The notes under the pieces were generated by a model. It did no database searches and had not been told where the DNA came from. It saw nothing but the letters and a program-made list of their open reading frames with translations. Positions 17,339-28,844 of a DNA stretch of 64,000 bases are shown here, in pieces. Position numbers and translations under genes: made by a program. The DNA lies in the NCBI GenBank assembly GCA_964016885.1, contig CAXHJY010000177.1:1-64000 (forward strand), read 5' to 3'. The stretch's first letter is position 1. Each line of letters starts with the position of its first letter. This DNA comes from Eledone cirrhosa. Its lineage: Eukaryota.

Positions 17339-18068
17339 TGGAAAGTTTTGAACTACACAAAACTCTGAAGCATGTGCCAAGACCCAGTATTTTACATTCT
17401 CTGAGAATTTGTAATGTAATGGCTATTTTTAACATTTTATAAATGTTTTAAATCTTTTAACTATCATTTACTGTGTAAACATATGTAGTATGTGCCCCAA
17501 CATAGCTTCAGCCAGATGGCTGGAACAGGTAAAAGAGTATTTGACAGAAAATGTAAACTTACTGCATAAAATTAGATTTATAACTGACTAAGCAAGGGTC
17601 AACTACAAGTTAAAATAACCTCTACCTAACTTATTATGATGATGATGGCAACAACAGTGATGTTGACAGTTGAGGAGGAGGGGAAAGATTACAGCAATAT
17701 GGAAAAAAATTGGGGCAAATATTTTTATCTTTCCTCTATTTAAAATTTATTGTGGAAATTACATCATCATCATCATCACTATTAACAGCATCTGAAGAAT
17801 TAGTAGCAGCAACTGCATTGTCATTTTCATATTATTTTCATCATCATCATTGTCCTCGTTAGTATCATAGTCATCATAATTATTGTTAACGTTATTATTA
17901 ATGTTATCGCCACCATAATTTTTGTCATCATCATTGTCATCATTGTAATAATTATTGTCCATTTTATTATTGGCGCCACCATACTTGCCATCATTGTTGT
18001 CATATTAACTCCTTCCCCCCCCATAAAATCTGTTGTTTATACATTTTCTCATTTTGTCTTATTTCCAG

Positions 18069-18145
18069 GAAAGATATACTTTGGTCGCAGTCATATCAGA
18101 GATGTTGCCCTCAAAAGACTTACCCCATTAGACAATTACTGTAAG
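18069..18145 (+). CDS. SH3PXD2: SH3PXD2/Tks-like gene, PX-domain exon
   Basis: ttccag|...|gtaagt, 77 bp; [26 protein letters not shown] vs Tks5 [26 protein letters not shown]; phase matches the previous exon. Confidence 0.92.
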
Positions 18146-18154
18146 GTAAGTAAC

Positions 18155-19065
18155 TACTTCTTCTTTGCCCACTTATTCCTGAGAGGGTCGTGGGGCAGAG
18201 TCCTCAAACACTCCTTTCAGCAGGTCATGTCAGAAGCAACTGTCTCCAACTGATCCAGCAGGATCTCCAAGCGAAACCAGCCAAGCTCAAGGATGTTATC
18301 CAACCATCTTGCTCGGAGTCTAACCCTGGGTTTCCTGTTGATTGGTTTTGCCCATAAAATCTGTCCAGCAATTCTTTCCTGAGATATTCTAATTACATGC
18401 CCATAGTATTGGAGCTGTGATCTCTCAATTCAGAGACGTAGTGGCTCTACTTGGAGTGACTCTCTGATCTCTGAACTACACACTCTATCGAGTAATGTTA
18501 CTCCAAAGACCCTTCAGAGGAACCCCCATTTCGGCTGCTTGCATTCATGATTGTACTCTTTTGGTCATTACCCAAGATTCATGACCATAGGTAAGGGTTG
18601 GCATGAATACCGAATTGAAGATAGCGAGTTTGGCTTTTATGCCTACCTCCCTTCTGATTACCGAGTGCTGAAGCTGGTGCATTACTGCACCAGCTCCTGC
18701 AATTCTTGTACTGAATTCAGCCTCCTGAGATACTTGAACGTCTCTATTTGCTTCAGTGAAACTCCATTTACATGTAGAATGCACTGTACAGGCTTCCTTG
18801 AGAGGACATGTATCTTAGTTTTTGCAGCACTGATTTTCATTCCAGCCATGCAGCACTCAGCATCAAACCTAATAAGTGCAAGTCGGAGATCACTTTCTGT
18901 CAAGTGAAGTAACATCTGCAAATTAACAGTCAACTGATATTACACCCACCAGTCATGAAACCACTTCCAACCCGGTTGTACATATCAATCCTGTTCATGT
19001 AAATAATGAACAGGACAGGTGACAGTACATACCCTTGGCAGAGTCTGACTTCCACATTGCCCGTA
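18155..19065 (-). mobile_element. Decayed Rex3/Expander-like RTE fragment (3' part)
   Basis: Translated pieces RIAGAGAVMHQL...KAKLAIFNSVFMPTLTYGHESWVMT and LCQGYVLSPVLFIIYMNRI; 3' end CTGCCCCACGACCC...GAAGAAG; second 3' fragment at ~24570-24935. Confidence 0.75.
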
Positions 19066-19341
19066 ATATCAGAGCTGTGATCTCTCGATTTTGAGCAAAT
19101 AAATATATTCTTCTTCTTCTTGTATGACAAGTAGCTAGAGAGGCAGGTCGAAACCAGCGAGCCAGGCCAAGGCGTCATTTGCAACATTATGGATTGCCTC
19201 CAGGCTGCTGGGAAAACGTCTGAGAGGGTAATCCTGAACAACATGCAGTACTGTTTGGTTAGGGTCCCCAGTTATAAATATATAAATCATTATTTATATT
19301 TTGTTAATTTTATGTTTTATCTTCTATCTTCTCTTCCACAG

Positions 19342-19436
19342 CTTCTCACTAAACTTGAAGCTGAGATGTCACAGTGCCATGCAGTCCTGACATTTTTTGA
19401 ATCAACAGCAGAAGATATTGCAGCAGTGACACAAAC
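19342..19436 (+). CDS. SH3PXD2: SH3PXD2/Tks-like gene, end of PX domain
   Basis: ccacag|...|gttagt, 95 bp; LLTKLEAEMSQCHAVLTFFESTAEDI vs Tks5 [25 protein letters not shown]. Confidence 0.9.
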
Positions 19437-19504
19437 GTTAGTACACAAAAAATTTGTTGTTTCTTTTCTTTTTGTTTGCCACAAACATTACTATTTCTTG
19501 ACAG

Positions 19505-20340
19505 TAATAATGGTTTCTGATTTAGGCACAAGGTCAACAATTTGGGTGGCTGGGAAGGTCAATTAAATTGACCCAGCGCATTACTGGTACTTTATTTTCT
19601 TGACCTTGTAAGGATGAAAGGCAAAGCTAACTTTGGCAGGATTGAACTCAGAACATAAAGTACTGAAACTATATGCCACAAAGCATGTTGCCCGACGCTC
19701 TACCAATACTGCCAATCCACCACCCTCTGTTGGCAGTAATAATTGTTTCTACTTTTTGGCAACATTTCGGACAGAAGTCCTTCTTCGGGAAAGTTCGGAT
19801 AAGGAGAGAGAATCAATCAATCAATCAATCATTCAACACACACACACACATAAATATAATTGTTTCTACTTTTTCGCACAAGGCCAGCAATTATCCCAGT
19901 GTATTACTGGTACTTTATTTTATCGACCCCGTAAAGATGAAAGGCAAAGTTAACCTCGATGGTTTCTAATATAGACACAAGGCCAGATGTTTGGGGAGAG
20001 AGGGAAAAGTTAATTATAGTGGACCCCACCCAGTACTTGACCGGTTCTTTATTTTGCCAATCCCCCAGAAGAATGACAAGCAAAGTTGACCTCAGCAGAT
20101 TTGAACACAGAACAATGTAAAGAGGTGGAACAAATACCACAAAGGCATTTTATCTGATACTCTACCAACTCTTCTAATCCACCACCCTACTTACTTGGTA
20201 ACAGTAAAAATAATTGTTTCTACTTTTGGCACAATGCCAGCAACTTGAAGGGAAGGGGATTATATTGACCCCAGTTCATTACTAATTTATTGATCCCGTA
20301 AGAATGAAAGACAAAGATAATCTTGGCAGGATTTAAATTC
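19505..20340 (-). mobile_element. Cluster of 4 Meta-like SINE copies or fragments
   Basis: Repeated GCACAAGGCCAGCAA...ACTGGTACTTTATTTTATCGACCCCGTAAGGATGAAAGGCAAAG...GATTTGAAC units; another copy at ~20635-20855. Confidence 0.8.
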
Positions 20341-21050
20341 TATTGCATTATCTTCCCTTACACAGCAGCCAGTATCTTTTGTGGTAAGAACATACCCTAT
20401 TATGATATTGCAGTTATTATTCATTCTTTAATGCATTTCTCTTCAAATGTTTTTTATGTATACATGTGTATCCCCCTTTTTAGAATAGGTACACCATATC
20501 TCTATGTGTCATAAGAGGCAACTGAAAAGTTTAGTTTTAGGAAGGGCATCTGGCTGTAAAATATTATCTCAAACCATCTCGTTTTAACCCATGGTAGCAT
20601 GGAAAAGTGGATTTAAAAACAATGATGATGATGATAATGATTTCTACTATAGGCACAAGGCCAGCAATTTTGAGTGAGGGGAAAGTTGATTAAATCGACC
20701 CCCAGTGCATTGCTGGTACTTTATTTTATCAACCCTGTAAAAATGAAAGGCAAAGCTAGCCTCAGTGAGATTTGAACTCAGATTGTAAAGGGGTGTAATC
20801 CTATGCCCTAAAGCATATTGTCTGATGCTCTACCGATACTGCCAATCCACCGTCCTGATGATGATAATAATGATACTGTGCTGGGTGTTTAAAGATTCTT
20901 ATCTTCATGCATAAAAATGATTGTATTGCTTTTCTTTTAATCTAAAAAGAAAAAAATTCCATCGGAATGCTTCTCATAAAATAAAAGTGTGAATGCAGGG
21001 ATAGTCTTGTCATTTCAAGTAGATCTCTCTATGAAATTTCATCATACATA

Positions 21051-21246
21051 CAAGCATCAGCTTAAAAGTTGATAGGCTGACCAAGATACTCTCATGGAAT
21101 GACCAAGTGAGGTTTATATTTCAAAATAGTCCCTGGAAAGAAACAATGCAGTTATTAATAAAGAGTTGAAATTAATGCATGGAAGATTTCACAGCTCTAG
21201 CATCACTCCTTCATAGTCAGCCTATGAACTTTTCAGCCCACCCTCA
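21051..21246. mobile_element. mariner-like MITE
   Basis: TA|CAAGCATCAGCTTAAAAGTTGATAGGCTGAC ... GTCAGCCTATGAACTTTTCAGCCCACCCTCA|TA. Confidence 0.65.
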
Positions 21247-21267
21247 TATTATATATTAGTCAGACTT

Positions 21268-21610
21268 CTGTCTGTTACCTGTGCCATGTAACCCAGTACA
21301 ACCTACTTCATGGTCGAGTGGTCAACAACTAAACCAGCTCCCCCCTCCAGAGACTGGTCTGGTCTGGTGAGGAGGGTAAGTGGAACCCTAACAGCACAAG
21401 AAACAAGAGCTTTTTAAAGAGCAGATGAACTCCTCAGAGTTAACGGCCATTCACCCCAACTATGGGTTAATTAGACTCACCAACCCTCAATTGACCAAGC
21501 ATGGTGAGTACGGTTAAACCCCCGAAGATATGACCAAAACCATAAGCAGTGGGGGTCAACTATGAAGGGGTTCCTCCAACAGGAGTGAGAAGGTCCTGGA
21601 TTGGATTAGT
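21268..21610 (+). mobile_element. ~340-bp dispersed repeat, probable LINE 5'-UTR segment
   Basis: Collinear with the reverse complement of ~50905-51240 (CTAAACCAGCTCCCC, GAGGAGGGTAAG, GATGAACTCCTCAGAGT, CACCCCAACTATGGGTTAA, AACAGGAGTGA). Confidence 0.6.
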
Positions 21611-22074
21611 CTTGACTTCAGCTCATGAATGTTACTTGGCCTTAGCACAATCCTTTTACAAAATTTGGTAAATGCACAATAGAAGAATTCAAACATCTAA
21701 ATACAATCTGACCTAACTTCAATTGAAGAAATCTCTCTCTGTCTGTCTGTGTGCGCGTGCGCTTTGATTACATGACAGGACCGACTTGATTATTTCCCCT
21801 TTTCAGAATGTTTTTAAAAATATAAAGTAGTTGGTTACCTTCAGGTTTGGTGGGGAGTTGGGAGTTGATAACTGAAACAAACGCTAATTTCTGCAAATGA
21901 TTTTCAACAATTGATTTAAATATTTTGAATATGTTGGCTATCTAACATGATCTTATATGGCATATCTACAGTTTACTAAACCTTATAACCTTCCCTTATC
22001 AAATTTGTTTCTACATAACTTTCTTCATAATGCATATTTTTTAATGATATTTTGCAGTCTTTAAAGGTGTAAAT

Positions 22075-22393
22075 CAGTGTTTCTCAACCTTTTCTTCCCA
22101 TTTTGGCCCATTTTGTTTTTGTATCAAAAAAATGTCACATAAGTAAAAAATAGAAACTCCATGTAACAGGAAATACATTTTATTTACAAAAGCAGAATAT
22201 AGTAGTAAATATAAATCTTGACTAATAATTACACTGCTCCTGGTGTCTATCTATGAGCTTGTCAAGTTGAACTTCCAAGCCTTGGTTCAGTTTCAGGCGT
22301 AAGTTTCCTCTCTTTTCAATCTGCAGCAAATTTTCCTCGGGCCAACTCTTGGCCCATTTTAAAAGTTTATCAGGCCCATGTTGAGAATCACTG
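22075..22393. mobile_element. hAT (Charlie-like) MITE
   Basis: TIRs CAGTGTTTCTCAAC / GTTGAGAATCACTG and perfect 8-bp TSD GTGTAAAT (22067-22074, 22394-22401). Confidence 0.88.
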
Positions 22394-22483
22394 GTGTAAA
22401 TCACAACTATGCAGATTAGATTTTAAAAAAGAAATTATTTTTTAGTTCTTTCATTATTGCATATTCGCATTTGTAAATGCTTT

Positions 22484-22690
22484 TCATCATCATCATCCGT
22501 TTTTCCATGTTTACATGGTTTGGACAGGTCCTTTTCAGCACAGCATCTCTCCACACATTATGATCATCATACATGTGCATCAGATGTCCATACCAACGCA
22601 GTCTTCTCTCTTGCACACTACTTATGATTCTTCTTATATTCTGTTTTTTCTCTCAGATCATCCAAGCTCTGTCGTTCTCTTACATTAACA
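22484..22690 (-). mobile_element. Internally deleted RTE 3' remnant
   Basis: QERRLRWYGHLMHM peptide followed by AAAACGGATGATGATG tail. Confidence 0.7.
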
Positions 22691-23038
22691 TTTCTCGTCA
22701 GTATTTCTACTTAGACTAATCACAAACACAGAAATTGTTTTCTTGTTTCCCAATTTTATGTTGATAATGATTATTATTATTAATCAGAATATGATATTTT
22801 CTACAAGAACATGTCAGATGGTCATTTTGGTGTCATGATGAAAAACACTAGTCTATGCTGTAATGTGGTTGGCATTAGGAAGAGCATCCAGCCATAGAAC
22901 CCAAGCCCAAAACTGATTGGTGTGAGCAAATTATAGTCACCTCACCTGACTTGTCTTATAACATGACAACCCATCTAACCCATGCAAGCATGGAAAATGG
23001 ATGTTAAACGATGATGATGTTGTGTGTCTGTAGTTGTT

Positions 23039-23092
23039 TGGTGTATAACGTTCAGTTACTGATGGCCATCAGTAACTGAACGTTATACACCA
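23039..23092. repeat. Perfect 54-bp palindrome, no spacer
   Basis: TGGTGTATAACGTTCAGTTACTGATGG|CCATCAGTAACTGAACGTTATACACCA. Confidence 0.95.
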
Positions 23093-24325
23093 TGGTTCAC
23101 CAGTTTGAGCACTCAATGCTATTATGTGAATCCAGTTATTAATGTAGGATTCGTCGTTTGTGTCATCATGAGAGTGTTAATAATAAGTCATCAGTAAGAA
23201 GTATCAATTTAGCTCTCTAGGTGTAAATCCCATGGTCAGTGAATTACTGGTGGTGGTACCAATATGAGCATTCAATGCACAAGCAGTGTGTGTGTGTGTA
23301 TATATATATATATCAATATAAAGTGGTAGATAGAAATGCCTATGGATAGAATTCTATAGTAGCAAGAGAAAACGAAGAGAAATGCCTCAACTAGGAACCA
23401 GATTTGTATTGTGGATTTTCAGTTTCTCGAGAATTGAACACCACTTTACATTGATCAGACACACACGCACATATGTACACAGATATAAACACATACACAC
23501 ATGCGCACATGTAAACACAAATAAAAGAAAGCAAAGCTCTTAGGTAATTTGTAGATAAAGGTAATTTGTAGATAATCCAAGGATTATATTAAGAAGACTT
23601 ACTTGTCACTTGTGATATCTGACAAATGGCAGTAGATAAAAGTTATGGCAAGACAAACTACCACGTAGTTACTATGACAAGAGGGTGGGAAGTGAGGGGA
23701 GTGATTATATTGGTAATAACTAATATGTGTTAGATTAATATATTTTACTTAGATTCTTTACTTACTCTCTCTCCTCCCTATCTCTCTACCCCCTCCTCCT
23801 CTCCACTCCCTCACCCTCTCTCCGCTTAACTTTCCACATAATACATGCACTTGACATTGAATTGTGCATGTGTGTGTGTGTGTGTGTGTGTGTGCGCATG
23901 CGTGTTGCTGCAGTGACATACAGCATGTCTTGGGTATTTTAAACCTGACGGAGCCCATCCCCTCTTCAAGTCTGAATGCAGTTGATTTCTTTCAGGAAAG
24001 GTTAGAGTGATAGTGAAAAAGAGATATAGAGGAAGAATCGACCCCAGTACTTGAAAAGATAAAAGGCAAAGTTGTCCTCGACAGGATTTGAACTCAGAGA
24101 GCAGAGAGCTGGAACAAATACCACAAAGCATTCTGATATTCGAACAACTCTGTCAATTTACTGCCCATTGATACTAAGTTAGTATTTATTTAATTTAATA
24201 CTTGGGGTTTTGGTTATAAAAATAACTGTGTTTAAGGAGTCCAGGAGTTCAAGCCATAGATCAGTCATTGGAAAATAGATAATACCATTTGTACTTTATA
24301 CTTAGTTAATAAGTGCGAACTTGCT

Positions 24326-24552
24326 TTAACTCTTAATATCCTCCTGCACATGAAACCACATTAATGAGAAAGTCTTGAAAAGTACAAAACAGCACTATGA
24401 CTGTATCACAATAAAAATTTTAAGCTTTACCCTGATATTACAAATTTTCACCAAAATGTTTTGTTCGCTATTAAAGATACAACAAACATTAGACTTAACA
24501 AAAGCATGTTTAAATATTTTCTGCTAAATCGTTACTAGATGTTAAGAGTTAA
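24326..24552. mobile_element. TTAA MITE family 1 copy
   Basis: TTAACTCTTAATATC ... GATGTTAAGAGTTAA. Confidence 0.75.
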
Positions 24553-25916
24553 ATATTTTATATGCAAAAATTTCTTCTTCTCCCTCTTATTCATGGTAGG
24601 GTTGTGGGGGAAGAATCCTTAAACACTCTTTCCAGCAGGTCCTGTCAGAAGCAACTGTCTCCAATTGATCTTGCTGGATCCCCAATCGAGACCAGCTGAA
24701 CTCATGGATGTCACCCAATCATTTTGCTTGGGGTTTACCCGTGTGTCTCCTGCTTGGTAGTTTTGCCCATAAAATCTGTCCAGCGATTTTTTTTTGATTT
24801 TTTTAAATATTTTTTTTTAATTTTTTTTTTTTTAAATCTTTTTTTTAAAACCTGAGACATTCTAACCTCATGCCAGTAATATCAGAGCTGTGATCTCTCA
24901 ATTTGGAGAAGTAGCGGCTCTACTTGGAGTGACTCTCTATATGATTTTAATAAAACCCATTCTATTTAAGCTTAAAACATGAAATGGTGGTAAGAAAGTT
25001 GTAAGAAACTCTGAAGAGAGTTGGACAGCAGAAGTTTTCCAAAGAAGAAAGCCCCCTCCTTCAAGCAAGTGTTTCAGCCCTTATATAGAGTCTCAAGGAA
25101 CTTCAAAATCACATTGTGACTTGATAAAAAAACTTCATATTTAAACTTTACATTTAACCCTTTTGATACCAAATTGCCTGAAACTGCATCTGGTTCTACA
25201 TTTAAAAAAAGATCTGTTTATTTTATATGTGATTATCATCAACATTATCATTATCAATGTTTTGACCATAAATAATAGTCTTAAGTTGGGTTTAGAAACA
25301 CTCAAGACGGAAAAACTTTGTATAGCACTGCCCGAGGGACTCAAACTCACACCTGCAATATACCGTTTTCCCGTGCTAACCAATTAATTACACTAAAGCA
25401 CCTCTGACAAATTTTTTTCTGTTATACAAAGCCTTATAAAACATGTAGTAGATATGTAAATATATTTTTAGAACTGTTGAGCGACAGGAAGTTTGAATTT
25501 GGAAGTTAGAAACATTATCATTGTCGCTATTACGTTGACTTTTTCCATGCAGGAATGGAATGGAACAGACTTTTTTTTATTAATGCTCTATAGCTTAGTG
25601 CCCTTATTGACACCAACCCTTTTAGTCACTTTTTAGGACACAAGGATACAGTGTACCTATTCTAAACTGGATACACATGGCTTCAATTTATCTAAAAACC
25701 TCCCATTATAATTTTATGATGGGCTTATATATATTTATCTAAAAATGGGTTTGTTCATTCAAAGTTTATTAATTCTTTAATAATTAATTGAAATAGTGTA
25801 TTTCATCAGAAATATTATGTTCATCAAACGATTAATTTTCTTTTTGTGTGAGTGTGGTTTTTTTTACAAAGTATGGTTAATGGGTGATTGTTCACACGGA
25901 AAAACTTCAGGAAGAA

Positions 25917-26075
25917 GTGCCATGTAACCTTGGAGATGGCTCAGTGAGAGTGCCATGTAACCTTGAGGATGGCACAGTAAGAGTGCCATGTAACCTTGAG
26001 GATGGCACAGTAAGTGTGCCATGCAACCTTGGAGATAGCACAGTAAGAGTGTGCCATGTAACCTTGAAAATGGCT
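25917..26075. repeat. 33-bp minisatellite, ~5 units
   Basis: Unit GTGCCATGTAACCTTGAGGATGGCACAGTAAGA with internal GTGCCAT/ATGGCAC stem. Confidence 0.9.
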
Positions 26076-26441
26076 AACAACTTTCTGCATGTTGTTTACT
26101 AACTACAAAAAGTAATATGTTGTTGTTGTTTAACCCCAGGTCAACCTTGATTGAGCAGACCTATCATCAAAAGTATTTTAGTTGTGATCATCCCATCTTG
26201 TTGATGTACTTTGTATAATTAGGCAAAGTTTTACTGGCTGGACGCCCTTTTAATTACCAACCACTTTACTGTAAGGACTTGGTGTATTATTCATGCCATC
26301 AGCTCTAGAGAGATTGTATTACTGGATTAAAGGGTCCTCTCCACCCTGTATCAGTTTTTATTCAGAGTGACTGCTCTCCTAGACAGGTTGCCTTCTCCAT
26401 GGCTTACAGAGCCCACATCTTCCCCATGTAGTCTTATTTTA

Positions 26442-26760
26442 CAGGTTTAAAATCTCTTATCTGAAAACCTTGGGACCAGACACTTTTCGGATTTTGGAAT
26501 GGAAGATTTTTAGCATAGATTTTAAAGTTTTTTTAGATAAAACATTACAGGTAGAGTGGTAGAGTGCTTGGCTCATGGCTGCAAGGTCACGAGTTTGCAT
26601 CTTGATCCCATAGAAAAATCAGCAAAAAATAAACAAAATTTCCATGAGCAGCAAAGGCGATGTGTGTGACCTGGGTTGACTGGGTCATTTAGTGTCCAGT
26701 TTTGCACCAAATGCTAGCTTTGGTGTGCAGACGACATCCTGGAAAAAATGTTCGGTATCA
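26442..26760 (+). mobile_element. Tigger4/MER46-like DNA transposon end fragment
   Basis: TA|CAGGTTTAAAATCTCTTATCTGAAAACCTTGGGACCAGACACTTTTCGGATTTTGGAAT resembles pogo/Tigger termini; right end not found. Confidence 0.5.
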
Positions 26761-26773
26761 ACGACTACATTAT

Positions 26774-27002
26774 TTAACCCTTTAACATTTAAACCGGCCG
26801 TATCCGGCGTGAATTCTCTCATCTCTTTCTGTTCAAACTGGTTGTAACTGGCCGCTCATACTAACATTAAGGTATTGTTCTCAAAATAAATAACAACAAA
26901 ATCTCATAGATTCGATATCATATGAGATAATTATGTAAGGTAAAGCCTTTACCACAAAAATACAGCAGTATATATCGAGTAATGTAAATGCTAAAGGGTT
27001 AA
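26774..27002. mobile_element. piggyBac-like MITE family 2, complete
   Basis: TTAACCCTTTAACATTTA ... TAAATGCTAAAGGGTTAA. Confidence 0.85.
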
Positions 27003-27542
27003 TGTGTCTCTTTCTTTTATTTAACATAGTGGAGTTTAGAGGGAGTATTTGGCTATTATTTCTAGCAAGTTGAGGGACTACATAGAGGTTCCTGAAAATA
27101 GTTGTTGCTTGTTGGTGGAGTTAGTAATGGATGATGGGAGTTAGTAAGTGATGAGGGAGGCTGCATGAATGAATGGCTATAGTTGATATGGTGTAGTAGT
27201 ATTAGTGGTTGTAGTAGTAGTAGTAATGTTTGTAGTGGCAACAAAACTAGTAATCATAGTTGTAAGTAGTAAGATACTGGTTGTTGTTGTTGCTTAATGT
27301 TCCGTGCTGGTGCAGATCTCAGAGCCGTGTCAATCATTATTGCGATCATCTTGTTGCAGGTTGCTGTAGGAAAGACACGCACACTTACACACACAAACAA
27401 ATATGCATGCACACACACAAATACAGGCACACTTAAACATACACACATACTATTTGCTTTCACTCAATCTTTCTATGTTTCCCTTCTCTGCCCCCCCCCT
27501 CTCTCTGACACATTGAGAGATTAGTGGTAGTTTAAAATTTCC

Positions 27543-27589
<47 letters not shown>

Positions 27590-28844
27590 CACACATATAT
27601 GCATTATATATATGCATACATACATACACACACGTACACACGTATTCAATCATATATAATGAGTGAAAGATAAGCAAGAGGTGAAGTGTGCCTTAATGTT
27701 AAATATTTTGGCACTTTAATTGATAAAGTGGGATTAACAGAACTTGCCATATCTGTGTGTGTATCTACACATACACTCACTGAGACATATTTGCACATAT
27801 ACACACTCACTGATACATATTTGTATACATACTCACTCACTGATACATATTTATATACATACATATTTGCACACACATACACGCACCAATCATGTACACA
27901 GTTACGTATGTTTCATTAAAGGGTTAGTTTATCTTCATTCATTTCTTTTTCACAATGTGATGTTACCAGTTAAAAAGCTGCACCTTCATGTGGAATTTTA
28001 GCAGAAAAAAATTATACAAACTATAATATGCTGTCTGATTTCTGTCATTATCATCATAGAAATTATTATTTTTATCAATTTTACTTATTTACAAAACAGT
28101 AATATTTATGGTAACATTTTTAATAATGGAAATGTGACCAATTTTATTTATCCTTGATAATTACCAATGGTGGGGGAAAGAATTGGACTGTCTTTTGGTT
28201 TTGCATTGAATTCCTGCATCCTTAGCTTAATAGCAAGAAGACAATATCCATCAAGTGATTTTATGAAAATTATCCTGGAATAACATATTTTGTTTATTAA
28301 TAACTCATATTATGTATATATGGAGTCATGGAGGCACTGTTGTGATATAGGGTGCCGTGGGGCATTTTAAACCTGGTTTGAGCCCATTTTTCTCTGCAGT
28401 TCTTAACAAAGCTGGTTTCTTCCAAAATAAGAGATAGAAAGTGACAGAGAGGGAGTGGGAAAGAGATATTGATGAAGAAATCAACCCCAGTACTGGGCTG
28501 GTTGGTACTTAATTTATCAACCTTGAAAGACCCAGTTTCTTCAAGAAAAAGCAAGTGAGTGAGCAAGTGCTAATTCACTGCCTTAATTTCATATAATAAA
28601 TGGACTCAAAAATATCTGGGACATATTTGGATTGAACCTACATCTCTTTGCTTTGAGAATCTACAATCTGTATCTCTGAATTCTGGATAACTAAATATAG
28701 TTATAAGAAAACTAACACTGTATTGTATTGTTAGTCCTTTTTACTAGTTATTACTTCTACCATATTTTAATGTATTTTATTGCACGAGACAACCTCTACA
28801 CATTTACATAGACACATTTTCAAACTTATATAATGTGAAACAGT

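Noticed and set aside
21271-21345. HDV-like ribozyme as a firm feature call
   Set aside because: P1, P2 and P3 could not all be assigned by eye; kept only as a low-confidence finding.
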